Shown: in pieces, positions 31,083 through 42,500 of the stretch
How positions within the stretch are numbered: position 1 is the first letter of the stretch
Layout: each line of letters opens with the position of its first letter
DNA from: Candidatus Nomurabacteria bacterium
GTDB lineage: Bacteria; Patescibacteriota; Minisyncoccia; Phycocordibacterales; UBA9973
Direction: 5' to 3'
DNA: 64,000 nucleotides
NCBI GenBank assembly: GCA_023267195.1
Contig: JAHFNT010000003.1
Span: forward strand, 10,841-74,840
Notes under the pieces: model-generated
Told to the model about the DNA's origin: nothing
The model's database searches: none
What the model saw: only the letters and a program-made list of their open reading frames with translations
Made by a program: the position numbers and the translations under genes

Positions 31083-31661
31083 TTAGTATTTCCTAATCAC
31101 CGCTTTTACCACTGCATTTATATTTAAAGAATGTTCTGGGTAAATGGGTTGATAATTTTTATTGGCAGGTTCAAGCCAGGCTTTGGCACCACTCTTTCTA
31201 AAATATTTCATCGTGAATTCCCCATCCACTTCGGCTATGACTATTTGCCCATCGTCGGCTTTATTCGTCTTCTCCACGAGCACCATATCTCCGGGTTCGA
31301 TGTGCGCCTCGATCATAGAATCGCCGTCAACTTCGAGCATATAGGTAAGCGGTTTATTTTTTATTAAAAGATCGTCGAGGTTTACAGTATCTGCCAGCTC
31401 TTCTTCGACTGTCGCGGGAAAACCGGCCGTGACAAAACCGAGCAATGGCACACCCCCAGCTTCCTCTCCAAAAGTTTCAGACGGAATTAATCTGCCAAGA
31501 TGATCCTTCGCCACAATTCCCGCCTCGATTAACTTTTCCACCACGCGAAACACCGCGTTCTTTGATTTAAAACCGAATAACTGCAGCATCTCCGAATACG
31601 ACGGCATGCGTTTATTGTCTCGGTAAAAGGATTCTAGTTTTATTTGATGCAAACTACGCAT
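31083..31661 (-). CDS. lexA: LexA repressor (S24 peptidase)
   Basis: N-terminal wHTH (MPSYSEM...), Ala-Gly site VTAGFP, catalytic GDSM and TMK. Confidence 0.9.
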   Translation of the reverse strand: MRSLHQIKLESFYRDNKRMPSYSEMLQLFGFKSKNAVFRVVEKLIEAGIVAKDHLGRLIPSETFGEEAGGVPLLGFVTAGFPATVEEELADTVNLDDLLIKNKPLTYMLEVDGDSMIEAHIEPGDMVLVEKTNKADDGQIVIAEVDGEFTMKYFRKSGAKAWLEPANKNYQPIYPEHSLNINAVVKAVIRKY

Positions 31662-31860
31662 AAATGTTCGTTCGGAAAAATAGAGTAACTAGTTTGTTGG
31701 TGAAACTTGTTCTCGTATTATAGCGAACTTTCTTCAAAAGCAATTTGTGATCCCTCGCCTCTTTGCGATAATCCAATCCTTGGAGAATTTTTAAGTCAAT
31801 TTTTTTATTGATCTTTTGAATCTCCCTCTCTAACATTTTTACATATTGTGATTGTGACAT
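31654..31860 (-). CDS. Small basic protein coupled to lexA
   Basis: 68 aa, overlaps the lexA start by 8 nt, first gene after the operator-bearing promoter. Confidence 0.75.
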   Translation of the reverse strand: MSQSQYVKMLEREIQKINKKIDLKILQGLDYRKEARDHKLLLKKVRYNTRTSFTNKLVTLFFRTNIYA

Positions 31861-31899
31861 AAAATTTATAAATTAAATTGCTAAACGACCTGCCTATAT

Positions 31900-31929
31900 A
31901 GTATAAGTGAACGAGCGTTCACCTGTCAA
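31900..31929 (-). promoter_or_regulatory. Promoter with putative LexA operator (GAAC-N4-GTTC) between -35 and -10
   Basis: TTGACA-N18-TATACT; palindrome GTGAAC-GAGC-GTTCAC at 31907-31922. Confidence 0.8.
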
Positions 31930-31988
31930 TAAGCAAACTGTGGATAACTTCTAGGCCCTATAAAATATAAATATATTATACTTAAATT

Positions 31989-32303
31989 ATGAAACCCGAA
32001 GGTCCATCAAAATTACAAGATATAAGTTTAGATGGGAGAAAAAGGAATAAAGAATATCAAGAGTTTATTCTTGTATTTTTACGAGAGAAATTGTTTGAGA
32101 TTTTACTCCCCGGAAAATCAAAAATATTATGGACACTTGGATTAACTGGCTCTTCAAAAAACAAAGAAGGGGTAACGGAAGATGACATAAAAACATTTAA
32201 AGAGATATTAAAATTGGGAAATATAAAAGAAATAGAAAGTTATTGCAAAACAAAAGGAATAGACTTTGAAAAAATTTTAAAGGAGGCAGAGGAGGAGAAA
32301 TGA
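31989..32303 (+). CDS. Hypothetical protein
   Basis: 104-aa ORF; TATACT 6 nt upstream of ATG. Confidence 0.65.
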   Translation: MKPEGPSKLQDISLDGRKRNKEYQEFILVFLREKLFEILLPGKSKILWTLGLTGSSKNKEGVTEDDIKTFKEILKLGNIKEIESYCKTKGIDFEKILKEAEEEK

Positions 32304-32315
32304 AATATAAACTTT

Positions 32316-32346
32316 AAAGAAGGGGACGAGTGTCTCGTTGCCCCTC
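32316..32346 (-). terminator. Bulged terminal hairpin of unit C
   Basis: Minus strand GAGGGG-CAA-CGAG-ACA-CTCG-T-CCCCTT-CTTT directly after TAG. Confidence 0.65.
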
Positions 32347-32523
32347 CTAGAGCTCGACGAATTGGTTACGGGTTTGGGGCCTTTCTCCCCTCTCCCCATA
32401 ACACCTGGAGTGACATCGGCGCCGAGACTTTTCGTCCCAGCAGTCGTACTCCCAGGTGTGGATTTCGTTGTTGCAGATGGAACAGATTTCTATTTCGACG
32501 TAGATCTCAGCAGACTCTTCCAC
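32347..32523 (-). CDS. 58-aa Cys/His microprotein (unit C), putative zinc finger; absent from ORF track
   Basis: GTG start, SD GAGGTG (32528-32533), TATAAT (32541-32546); MEESAEIYVEIEICSICNNEIHTWEYDCWDEKSRRRCHSRCYGERGERPQTRNQFVEL. Confidence 0.7.
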   Translation of the reverse strand: MEESAEIYVEIEICSICNNEIHTWEYDCWDEKSRRRCHSRCYGERGERPQTRNQFVEL

Positions 32524-32564
32524 GGTACACCTCTTCGTTTATTATACTAGCACAAAAACAAAAG

Positions 32565-34154
32565 CTAGCTATTCACCTTTGGCCTGTATTGTAGAGCTTC
32601 CAGGATGTGATTCGCTTCTATATTTTCTTTGTTTTCTAGGTCCGCAATCGTGCGGGCGATTTTGATAACGCGGTGATAAGCGCGAGCAGAGAGAGCTAGG
32701 CGTTCGGCGCTGTTATTTAGAAGCTGTTTGACTTCAGGCGCAAGTGGAGCAAAAATTCCCAGCTCTTTCACATTCATGTCGCTGTTAGTTTTCACTTTTC
32801 TGCTTTTGTTGTCATTTTTCTGAAATGTTTTGAATCTTTTCTCTTGAATGAGCCGCGCATTTTTCACTCGTTCTTTGATGGTCGCAGTTTTCTCCCCTGT
32901 TCCGGCCGTATCACTCAATTTTTTATAATCAACGTTTGCCACCGTCACCCATAGATCAATGCGATCAATAATCGGTCCAGAAATCCTCCGCGCATATCTA
33001 TCCAAATCATTCTGCCGGCAAATGCAACTCTTATCTTTGTTCCCCTTATTGCCACATGGACAAGGATTCATCGCCGCCACTAAAATAAAATTGGAGGGAA
33101 AAATAGCCGAACCTCGCGCCCGCGAAATTGAAACGATGTTATCTTCGAGCGGCTGGCGCAATGCCTCTAAAACTCTTTTTTCAAATTCAGGAAATTCATC
33201 CAGAAACAACACGCCTTTGTGCGCCAGAGTTACTTCCCCGGGCTTGGGGTTTGATCCTCCGCCAATCATAGACACATAACTCGCAGTGTGGTGCGGGGCG
33301 CGGAATGGAGGTTCGGTCACTAGAGAATCCTCGAGCAAACCCACGATAGAATGAATGCCAGTAATTTCTAAAATATCATCATTGGGTAGTTCCGGTAAGA
33401 TATGAGAGAAAACTCTCGCGAGCATTGTCTTGCCAGTGCCAGGTGGCCCAGAAAGAGCAATGTTGTGCCCTCCCGCAGCTGCGATTTCGAGCCCGCGCTT
33501 TGCGCTCTCTTGCCCCCGGATATCCGAAAAGTCTATATCATGAATCGCATTTCGGCGGATTATTTCTGTGTCTTTTTGCGGTAAAATTTTTGGTCGCGTT
33601 TTTTCTATCCCATTTCCATTTTTATCCAAAGGTATTTTTGAAACATGATCAATAACTTCTTTAAGCGTCCTTGCGCCGTAGATCGTGATGCCGTGAACGA
33701 GCGCCGCTTCCTCAGCATTCGCGATCGGCACAAATATTTCTTTATATCCCAAACGCATTGCTTGTTCGGTGAGAGGCAATACGCCTTTGATCGGCTGAAG
33801 CTCCCCATTTAACGAAAGTTCTCCCAAAAATATTTTTCCTTTTGGATCAAAATCTATTTCTTCAGCGGAAAGCAAATAAGCAAGCGCAATCGCCAAATCA
33901 AAATACGGGCCTTCTTTCTTTAAATCTGCTGGGGATAAGGAAATGACAATTTTTTGATTCTGGTTTTTGGGAGACTTGAAACCGGAATTTTTTAAAGCCG
34001 AACTCATGCGATCTTTCGATTCATCGACAGCTTTGTCGGGAAGACCAACCAAGGTAAAAGCATGCAAAGTATTTTTAGTAATATCAACTTCAACGGTAAC
34101 AATTTTCCCTTTTAATAGGTGGGTTTGCGCAGAATATACTCTGGAGAAGCTCAT
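32565..34154 (-). CDS. comM: ComM/YifB Mg-chelatase-related AAA+ ATPase
   Basis: VGLPDKAVDES, GPPGTGKT, PFRAPHH, FLDEFPEF, AAMNPCPCG; start trimmed to MSFS. Confidence 0.93.
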   Translation of the reverse strand: MSFSRVYSAQTHLLKGKIVTVEVDITKNTLHAFTLVGLPDKAVDESKDRMSSALKNSGFKSPKNQNQKIVISLSPADLKKEGPYFDLAIALAYLLSAEEIDFDPKGKIFLGELSLNGELQPIKGVLPLTEQAMRLGYKEIFVPIANAEEAALVHGITIYGARTLKEVIDHVSKIPLDKNGNGIEKTRPKILPQKDTEIIRRNAIHDIDFSDIRGQESAKRGLEIAAAGGHNIALSGPPGTGKTMLARVFSHILPELPNDDILEITGIHSIVGLLEDSLVTEPPFRAPHHTASYVSMIGGGSNPKPGEVTLAHKGVLFLDEFPEFEKRVLEALRQPLEDNIVSISRARGSAIFPSNFILVAAMNPCPCGNKGNKDKSCICRQNDLDRYARRISGPIIDRIDLWVTVANVDYKKLSDTAGTGEKTATIKERVKNARLIQEKRFKTFQKNDNKSRKVKTNSDMNVKELGIFAPLAPEVKQLLNNSAERLALSARAYHRVIKIARTIADLENKENIEANHILEALQYRPKVNS

Positions 34155-34158
34155 AAAA

Positions 34159-34515
34159 TTAGCTCTCCAAGTGTTTCTTGCAGGTTCGAGCCGCTCCATT
34201 TGCCTCAAGCCTGCTCGTTTCAATATCTTTTTTGCAAACTTCGCACTTACCGAAAGATTCTCTATTTAACCCTTTTAATGCTTTTAAAATATTGTTCAAT
34301 CTAGGCTCTAAGGTTTTCATCATAGAACTTCGCGCTTCAAAATCTTCAAACCGGTCGGCCTTATCATTTTCATCCGATTCAGGGAACTCCAACTCTTCTG
34401 GGATAGCCTCCCACTCTCCGGTTTCATTATTTAACTTGCCCATATCTTTCATCTGTTCAAGCATGGCGTCTCGTTCTTTTTCCAATTTCTCTTTAATTTT
34501 TTTCTTGTCCAACAT
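34159..34515 (-). CDS. DksA/TraR-family zinc-finger protein
   Basis: DENDKA (DxxDxA) tip; FGKCEVC...RLEANGAARTCKKH; start trimmed to MLDK. Confidence 0.85.
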   Translation of the reverse strand: MLDKKKIKEKLEKERDAMLEQMKDMGKLNNETGEWEAIPEELEFPESDENDKADRFEDFEARSSMMKTLEPRLNNILKALKGLNRESFGKCEVCKKDIETSRLEANGAARTCKKHLES

Positions 34516-34618
34516 GTGAGTATCATAACATGTACATTTTTCATAGCAAGAGCGCCAACTCATTGAAAATAGGAAAAATAAGATTTACTTTTCTACATTT
34601 TTGTGTTAGAATATCTGC

Positions 34619-35881
34619 ATGCAATATAAAATCAAAGATATTGATTTGGCAAAACGAGGAATGACAAAAATCGAATGGGCCAAGAAAGACATGCCGGTGC
34701 TCTCTCTCCTGGCTGAAAATGTTAAAAGGAAAAAATTGTTCAAAAATATTGTCATCGGAGCTTGCATGCACGTGACCGCAGAAACCGCCAATTTAATGAT
34801 CGCGCTTAAAAACGGCGGAGCAAAAGTGACTCTTTGCGCTTCCAACCCCCTCTCTACAGATGACAGCGTAGCCGCAGCTTTGGTAAAAAATTTTAATATA
34901 CCTGTTTTTGCCAAAAAAAACGAAAACAAAAAAGAATACTTTACGCATTTAAAAAATGTGCTAAATACAAAGCCAAATATTGTGATGGATGACGGCGCTG
35001 ATTTAATTGGAGAACTTCATTCAAAAAGAAAGAGTCAGGCGAAAAAAATCCTTGGGGGGACAGAAGAAACAACCACTGGAGTCTCTCGCCTAAAATCGAT
35101 GGAAAAAGAAGGTACGCTCTTTTTCCCAGTTATTGCGGTAAATGATTCTATGACCAAACATTTTTTTGACAACCGCTACGGAACCGGACAGTCCACGCTC
35201 GATGGGATAATCAGAGCGACAAATAAATTGATTGCCGGCTACGTGTTTGTGGTCGCTGGCTATGGCTGGTGCGGAAAAGGACTCGCTATGCGCGCCAGAG
35301 GGATGGGGGCAAATGTTATCATTACGGAAATTGATTCCGTAAAAGCCATTGAAGCCTTGATGGACGGTTTTCGTGTCATGCCGATGATGGAGGCGGCAAA
35401 AATTGCTGATTTCATTTGCACGGTAACTGGAAATATAAATGTGATTGGTGGAGAAGTATTTAAAAAAATAAAAGATGGTTGTATTATTTCAAATTCAGGA
35501 CATTTTGATGTAGAAATTGATCTGGTGGCTCTTCGGAAAATAACCAAAAACAGAAAGACACTCCGAGATTCCGTGGAATCTTATACTTTAAAAAATGGCA
35601 AGACTGTGTTTGTGCTCTCCGGAGGAAGACTGGTAAATTTGGGAAGCGCGGAAGGCCATCCGGCATCGGTGATGGATATGAGTTTTGCCAATCAACTATT
35701 GGCCGTAGAATTTATTCTCAAAAATAAAAGTCATTTGCCTCATTCGGTCCACGTTTTACCGGAAATTTTAGACAGAAAAATAGCAACTTTAAAATTGCAT
35801 AGTTTAGGCACAAAAATAGACACACTCACTGAACGCCAGAGGAAATATATGGCTGGCTGGCGAGATGGCACAAATGCGTAG
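34619..35881 (+). CDS. ahcY: S-adenosylhomocysteine hydrolase
   Basis: CMHVTAETA, EETTTG, KHFFDNRYGTGQS, GYGWCGKG, GHFDVEI, GHPASVMDMSF. Confidence 0.97.
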   Translation: MQYKIKDIDLAKRGMTKIEWAKKDMPVLSLLAENVKRKKLFKNIVIGACMHVTAETANLMIALKNGGAKVTLCASNPLSTDDSVAAALVKNFNIPVFAKKNENKKEYFTHLKNVLNTKPNIVMDDGADLIGELHSKRKSQAKKILGGTEETTTGVSRLKSMEKEGTLFFPVIAVNDSMTKHFFDNRYGTGQSTLDGIIRATNKLIAGYVFVVAGYGWCGKGLAMRARGMGANVIITEIDSVKAIEALMDGFRVMPMMEAAKIADFICTVTGNINVIGGEVFKKIKDGCIISNSGHFDVEIDLVALRKITKNRKTLRDSVESYTLKNGKTVFVLSGGRLVNLGSAEGHPASVMDMSFANQLLAVEFILKNKSHLPHSVHVLPEILDRKIATLKLHSLGTKIDTLTERQRKYMAGWRDGTNA

Positions 35882-35952
35882 CATTTGTGAGCCGGAGCGC
35901 GACGGCGCGAGGTGGGGTCGCGAGATTTTTCAGCAGAAAAAGACTTGTGACC
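35869..35952 (+). repeat. GC-rich multi-hairpin element overlapping the ahcY stop
   Basis: CACAAATGC-GTA-GCATTTGTG (35869-35889) and GGTCGCGAG..TTTTTC-AGCA-GAAAAA..CTTGTGACC (35916-35952). Confidence 0.55.
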
Positions 35953-35965
35953 AAAATAAACATTT

Positions 35966-36487
35966 ATGAAGATTGCAATCACTGGAGCTCAGGGAGTCGG
36001 CAAGACCACCTTAGCAAAACAAATAAATAGAGATTTTCCAGATTTTAAAATATTACCAGAAGCAGCACGACTGGCTAAAGAGGCAGGATATAATCTTGAT
36101 CAAACCGCTACAATAGAAACAGAATTTTGGCTAATCACAAAACAAATTGAGCTAGAAAGTGAGGGAGGCAAATGGGTGGCTGATCGATGTGGGATAGATT
36201 TGCTTGCGTATATACACCATTTATTTCCGCAAGAGTCAGCTCTGATTGAATTCGCCCAAAAAACATTGGTGCCGAGATTTGAGAACTATGATTTGGTTTT
36301 ATATTTACCTAGTGGAGAATTTCCTATCGAAAATGATGGCTTACGGGCAACTGATTTAAAATTTCAACAAGACATTGATCAAAAAGTTAGAGATATTTTA
36401 AGAAAACATAAAATTCCATTTGTGGAAGTGGTGGGTTCGCCAAAAGAACGGTTGGCAAAAATTAAAGGCTTGTTTAAAGGCACCTAA
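35966..36487 (+). CDS. NadR/Ttd14-type P-loop ATPase/nucleotide kinase
   Basis: IAITGAQGVGKTTL, PEAAR, DRCGID, ENDGLR. Confidence 0.8.
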   Translation: MKIAITGAQGVGKTTLAKQINRDFPDFKILPEAARLAKEAGYNLDQTATIETEFWLITKQIELESEGGKWVADRCGIDLLAYIHHLFPQESALIEFAQKTLVPRFENYDLVLYLPSGEFPIENDGLRATDLKFQQDIDQKVRDILRKHKIPFVEVVGSPKERLAKIKGLFKGT

Positions 36488-36530
36488 TCTTCTCATTTGC
36501 TATTTTTAAAATTCGCGCTAGGATAAAAAG

Positions 36531-39500
36531 ATGCAATCGGGCCAAGCAACCACTTTGTCGGGCACTTACTCCAAAGTAACATTTCTTCACAAATTGCTAG
36601 CGTTTTCGCTGGCTTTTTTGTTTTTAGTAGTTCCGCTTGCTCCAGTTTGGGCAGAAAAAGTTACCGAGGACCCATCTGCGATTTCTAAAGTTGAATCAAC
36701 CACCACAGAACCGGAAATTGTTACTGAGAATAGCGAGGACGCAGATGTTTCAACAAAAGTAGACATGGATAAACAACCACCGGCACCACAGTCGTTTACC
36801 GTAAATAATATATCTGGGGATAATCGCGATAAACCAAATTTGAGTTTTCCTCAAGTGGATCAGGCCTCTGGCGGGTTAGCTTATAGTTATCCCTTAAATA
36901 TACCGCCCGGTAGAAATGGTTTTAATCCAAATTTAACTTTGCAATATTCAAGCCAAGATACAGATCAAGCATCGGTTTTTGGTTATGGATGGTCAATCAA
37001 TATACCTTACATAAAACGTTTGAATAAAACTGGAGTAGAAAAATTATATACAACCAATTACTTTACCTCTTCACTCTCCGGTGAATTGGTAAATGTTTCT
37101 GGTTCTACCTATGCGCCTAAGGTGGAAAATGGGGATTTTCTAAAATATAACTACGATGGCACCTCTTGGATCGTAACCGATAAAAAAGGAACAGTCTACA
37201 AATTTGGGACAAGCACACCAGCCAGACAAGACGACACCACTGGAACGAAAATTTACAAATGGATGCTCGAGGAAGCAAGAGATACAAATAATAATTTCAT
37301 CAAATATGAATATTACAAAGACACTGGGCAAATTTATCCTGAAACTATAAAATACACCGGCAACGACACGACCAATGGAGTGTTTTCAGTAAGTTTGATT
37401 CGTTCTGGAAGAAATGACAACATTACACAAAACTCAACGCTCTTTAGTATAACTACCAATTATAAAATATCTGAAATACAAACAATAACCAATGGGACTT
37501 GGAATAAAAAATATATTTTGGGTTATTCAAATGGTGACAATGGTTATAAATCATTAATAACTAGCATCACGGAGTCAGGACAGGATGAAAATGCAAATGT
37601 TGTCACATTGCCACCTGTGCAATTTACTTATCAAGTAGCGACAACGCCAGGAAGTGATTTTGTTTCTGATTTTGCCTGGTCTAATCCTGTTTCTCCAACA
37701 ATTTCTACCAATCCATCTTATGGAGCGGTGGTAGCAGATGTTAATAGTGATGGTCTGCCGGATATTATGGAATCATATAGAAGTTCCGGAACTCTTATTT
37801 GGTACAAAGGAACTTACTTAAATAACGGCAACGGAACCTGGACCCAAAATCCAAATCTTGAACCGCCAACAATTTTTGGAGATAATAATCCAGTAACGGA
37901 ACAAGGGATAAGGGCAGTTGACTTGAATGCGGATGGATTTGTAGATCTGGTTCAAAGTTCTGGGTCTCTGTCGAAAGTTTATATAAACACAGGAACTTCA
38001 TGGGTTTTGAATAATAACTGGATTCCCAAATGTGCCTTTGCTAGCCCAATATATGGAGACATTGGTTGTAGATTAGATGATATAAATGGTGACGATTTGC
38101 CAGATTTTTTCATAGCGAGAGGTGATAACACCGGCAACCCACCAATCAATACCGAAGTATATTTAAATAATGGGAACGGTTGGAGTGAAAATCCTGAACC
38201 AGGCTGGAGTATACCTGCAGACTTAAGATTTGGCACAGTACCCGTAGATTATAATGGTGACGGACTTTTGGATTTTTTACAAGGCTACAAAAATACTTTG
38301 AGCAACCCAACAGTTGAAATAAAAAAGGCATATAAAAATAACGGGGACAAAACTTGGTCTTTGGATGGTGCATATACATCTCCAGTAATTTTCGCAACTC
38401 AAACAAACTTAGCTTCATTGCCGTTTACTACCGGAGCTTTAGTAGCGGATGTGAATGGAGATGGTTTAGTTGACATATTACATGGCACCGAAACAACTGA
38501 TGGTGGACATCTAAATAAGGGCACAGGCTGGAGTTTTACACCAAACTGGGACTTTGGTCATGGTTCTATTCCAATCGAAGCACCACTCCGGGCTAGATTA
38601 GGAGATTTTGATGGAGATGGAATGATTGATTATTATGAAAGTGGAAGTGGTAGCGCAACTTTTTCTAAAAATCAAAACATAAAGGCGGATCTAATCAAAA
38701 CCATAAAGAATCAATATGGTGGAATTTCAACCATTACTTACAAAGGCTCAACTCAATACAAAAATGGCAATAGCTTAGCAAACCCAAATCTGCCATTCAA
38801 TATAATAACTGTAAGCAGTATTTCCTCTAACCCCAGCCTTGGAGGAACAAGTGTTGTGAAAAATTACACTTATGAACAAGGAGATTATTATTACAACACA
38901 ATACTGGATAGAAAATACGCCGGTTTTGGAAAGATAATTGACCTTGATTCTTCTGGCGCCAAAACCGCCAGCTATTTTCATCAAGGCAATGAGACAAATT
39001 CTAGCTTAGGTGAATACGATGATCATCCGTCAAAAATCGGCAAAATTTACCGCACCGAAATTAGAGACAGCTCCGGGAATTTATATGAGAGCGTGATCAA
39101 TAAATGGGAAAAACAAAATTTGGGCCCGGGTAGAGATTTTGCCAAACTGGCACGAACAATGGTCATGTCTTTTGACGGCAATAGCGACAACAGAAGCAAG
39201 GCGGAAGAATACTCATACGATAGTTATGGCAATCTAACGCAAAAAATTTCCTGGGGAGAAGTGATAGGCGCAACTGACGGAACATTCACCGACCTGGGGA
39301 ACGACAAATTTACGGAAAATATTTCTTATGTTTCAAATACTGGCAATTATGTCGTGGGTTTACCATCTCAAGATATAGTACTCGATCAAAATTCAGACAA
39401 AGTTCGTGAGACAAAAATGTATTATGATGGACTCGCTTTTGGTTCGGTCGGCACGGGCAATGAAACCAAACTGGAAAAATGGAAATCTGGCAGTTCGTAT

Positions 39501-42500
39501 GTAAATACTCAAAAATCTTACAATATAACTTACGGGATTTTGACTTCCTCCACCGATGAACGAGGCAAGGTTACAACTTACTCTTATGATTCTTATAATC
39601 TATACCCAATTTCAGTAACTAATCCTGCCCTGCAGATAGTACGATATCTTTATGATTATTCTCTCGGCAAACCAAAACAATTGATTGATCAAAACAGCTT
39701 CACTTATCAAACAATTTTTGATGGACTGGATAGAGTATTGCAAGAAAAAGTTCCGGACTTATCTTCACCTGATACTTTAGTAGTCAAAACAGCCTACACC
39801 TATGCTGACACCTCTCTCGCGGTAGGTGTTTTGAAAACAGATTATTTAGATAGCACAAATTCTGTAAATACCTACCAATATTTTGACGGCCTGAATCGTT
39901 TGATCCAAGAACGCAAAGAGGCCGAGCAGAGCAACTCCTACAATACTCGCGATATTGTGTACAATAATTTCGGTTTAATCCAAAAAGAATCTTTACCTTA
40001 TGCGTCAAATGGGTATGCCAGGACAAATCCAACTACCGACAATGCCCTTTACACTTCCTATTCTTATGACGCGCAAAAGAGAATCAGCAATGTCGCAAAT
40101 GCAGTGGGTAACACCTCGACCAATTACGATGACTGGAAAACTTCCATTACTGATCCGAATGGTAAAATCAAACATTTCTTGAGCGATGGGTATGATAATC
40201 TAGTAAAGGTGGAGGAAATAAATGCTGGCAATACTTACAACACTTACTACGAATGGGATGGTAACAAATTTCTGACTAAAATCACCGATGCTCTCGCCAA
40301 TGTTCGCAATTTCACTTACGACGGGCTGGGCAGGAGGCTCACTGCAGAAGATTTGCATGCCATGGGAGACAGTACTTATGGCACTTGGGCTTATACCTAT
40401 GACGATGCAGGCAATCTGACGCGAAGTATAAGCCCAGAAACAAAAATTATAAATTATTCTTATGACGACATTAATAGATTGCAAACTGAAGATTATGTGG
40501 GAGGTAGCGGAATGGAAATATCCTATGTTTATGATAATTGCACAAACGGCATAGGAAAATTATGCTCTTCAACAGTTTTGGGCGGAGGAGACAATGTCTA
40601 CACTTATGATAGTGTAGGTAATATTGCTTCTGATCAAGCCACTATCAACGAAAATATTTATCTCACGTCGTATTCATACGATCGACAAAATAATTTGTCA
40701 CTCATAACCTATCCAGATAATGCACAAGTGAAATATATCTACAATGCTGCCGGCTTGCTTGAAAAAGTTGAAAGAAAAGAAAATAGTGGAACATTTGTAG
40801 ATGTAATTTCAAATTTTGATTATAATCCAACAGAACAAGTGGCCGTGCAAGCAGATGCAAATGGCATCACTACGACAAATACTTATGATTCAGGAAAATT
40901 ATACCGTTTGACAAATAAGAAAACTTTGAATTCTACCCCCATTTCTCCTTGGAAAGATCCTAACCCCGCTATCACCCCCATAGATCCATATGTAACAAAT
41001 TTTGGGAACATAAATATTACCCCTAAAACAAATCTATCGATTGCCTTGCAAGATTTATCTTATATTTATGATAATGTCGGTAATATTATTAAAATCATTG
41101 ATTCATCAAATACTACCACTGCCAAAACTGCTGATTATGTCTACGACGATCTATACCGCTTAGTTTCTGCTACTATCACTGGCGTACCATCTCCCCAAAC
41201 TCCCTACATTCAAACCTTCACCTATGACGCTATTGGTAACATCACTTCCGGCCCGCTTGGCACTTATCTTTATCAAGGTAACACCGGAGTAAACTACGCC
41301 AACCCCCACGCTACCACCTCTATTGGTGGAGTAGAACAAACTTACGACAAAGATGGCAATCTAATTTCTGCTGGAGATATTACTTACTCTTGGAATTACA
41401 AAGGGAAACTTGCTGAAACTCTTTCAGTATACAACTATTACAACGCCAAAGGAGACAGAGTACAAACCAATGCTTTCTCTTCTATCAATACCTATTATCC
41501 CAATAAATTCTATAGCACCTCCTGCCCCAATTGTTCCGACAGGCAACCTCCAGATCAAGAACGTCAAATCAAATTAACCAAACAAATCTACATTGGAGAT
41601 ACACTGGTAGCCACCACTGAAACTCTAAGCGCCGTTGTCACCCCATATTATGATCACACCGATCAATTAGGTTCCATTACCATTGTCTCTGATGCCAACA
41701 AGAATATTGCGCAAACTTTAGATTACTATCCTTATGGCAAGAAAAGAGTCGTTGCCCCTCCTGGAGACTATGATTCACAGCGCCAATACATCGGACAAAT
41801 CTATGATCTAGATACTGGACTAAACTATCTAAATGCGAGATACTATGATGGAAACAAGGGGCAGTTTATTTCGCAGGATCCGATGTTTTGGAACTTTGAC
41901 AATTCCTGGTTGCTTGATCCACAGAACATGAATGCGTATAGCTATGCAAGGGGGAATCCGATGAATAGGTCGGATCCGGGTGGTATGGCTAGTAAAGAAT
42001 TTAATTTTCCTACGTTTACGATGATAAAATCGTTTTTCAATTCTTTGGTGGGGAAAACAAATACGCAGAGGGAGACAACGCAAATTCCATTTATAAATCA
42101 AAATAATTCTCAAAAAAAGACCGACAATTCTGGCCAAAATAAAAATACTTCTGGTTATATAAGAAGCAATGATGTTAATATCACCTTTAGCCCGGGAGCT
42201 GATAATGTTGTTAACCAAAAAATGGTTGATGGATATAAAAATGTATTTAAAGAAGCAGGACATTATGGTATAATTTCTGTTAATTTTTATTCAACCACAA
42301 ACCATGTATCAGAACCACCCGGCAGTTTTTCTTGGCATGACTTTGCGCTTGCTGGTGATATTAATATGGTCAATGGCATGAAAGCAACCGAAGATAATTT
42401 TTATGCAAAAACTTTGCAGGAAGTTATAAACCGGACACAAGGAGTAAGAGAGAATTTTGGTCCATTTATGATTACACATTCCAGTAAAATATATTCTCAA

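Noticed and set aside
35888-35952. SAH riboswitch
   Set aside because: Lies downstream of ahcY and shares only a short GGAGCGC resemblance
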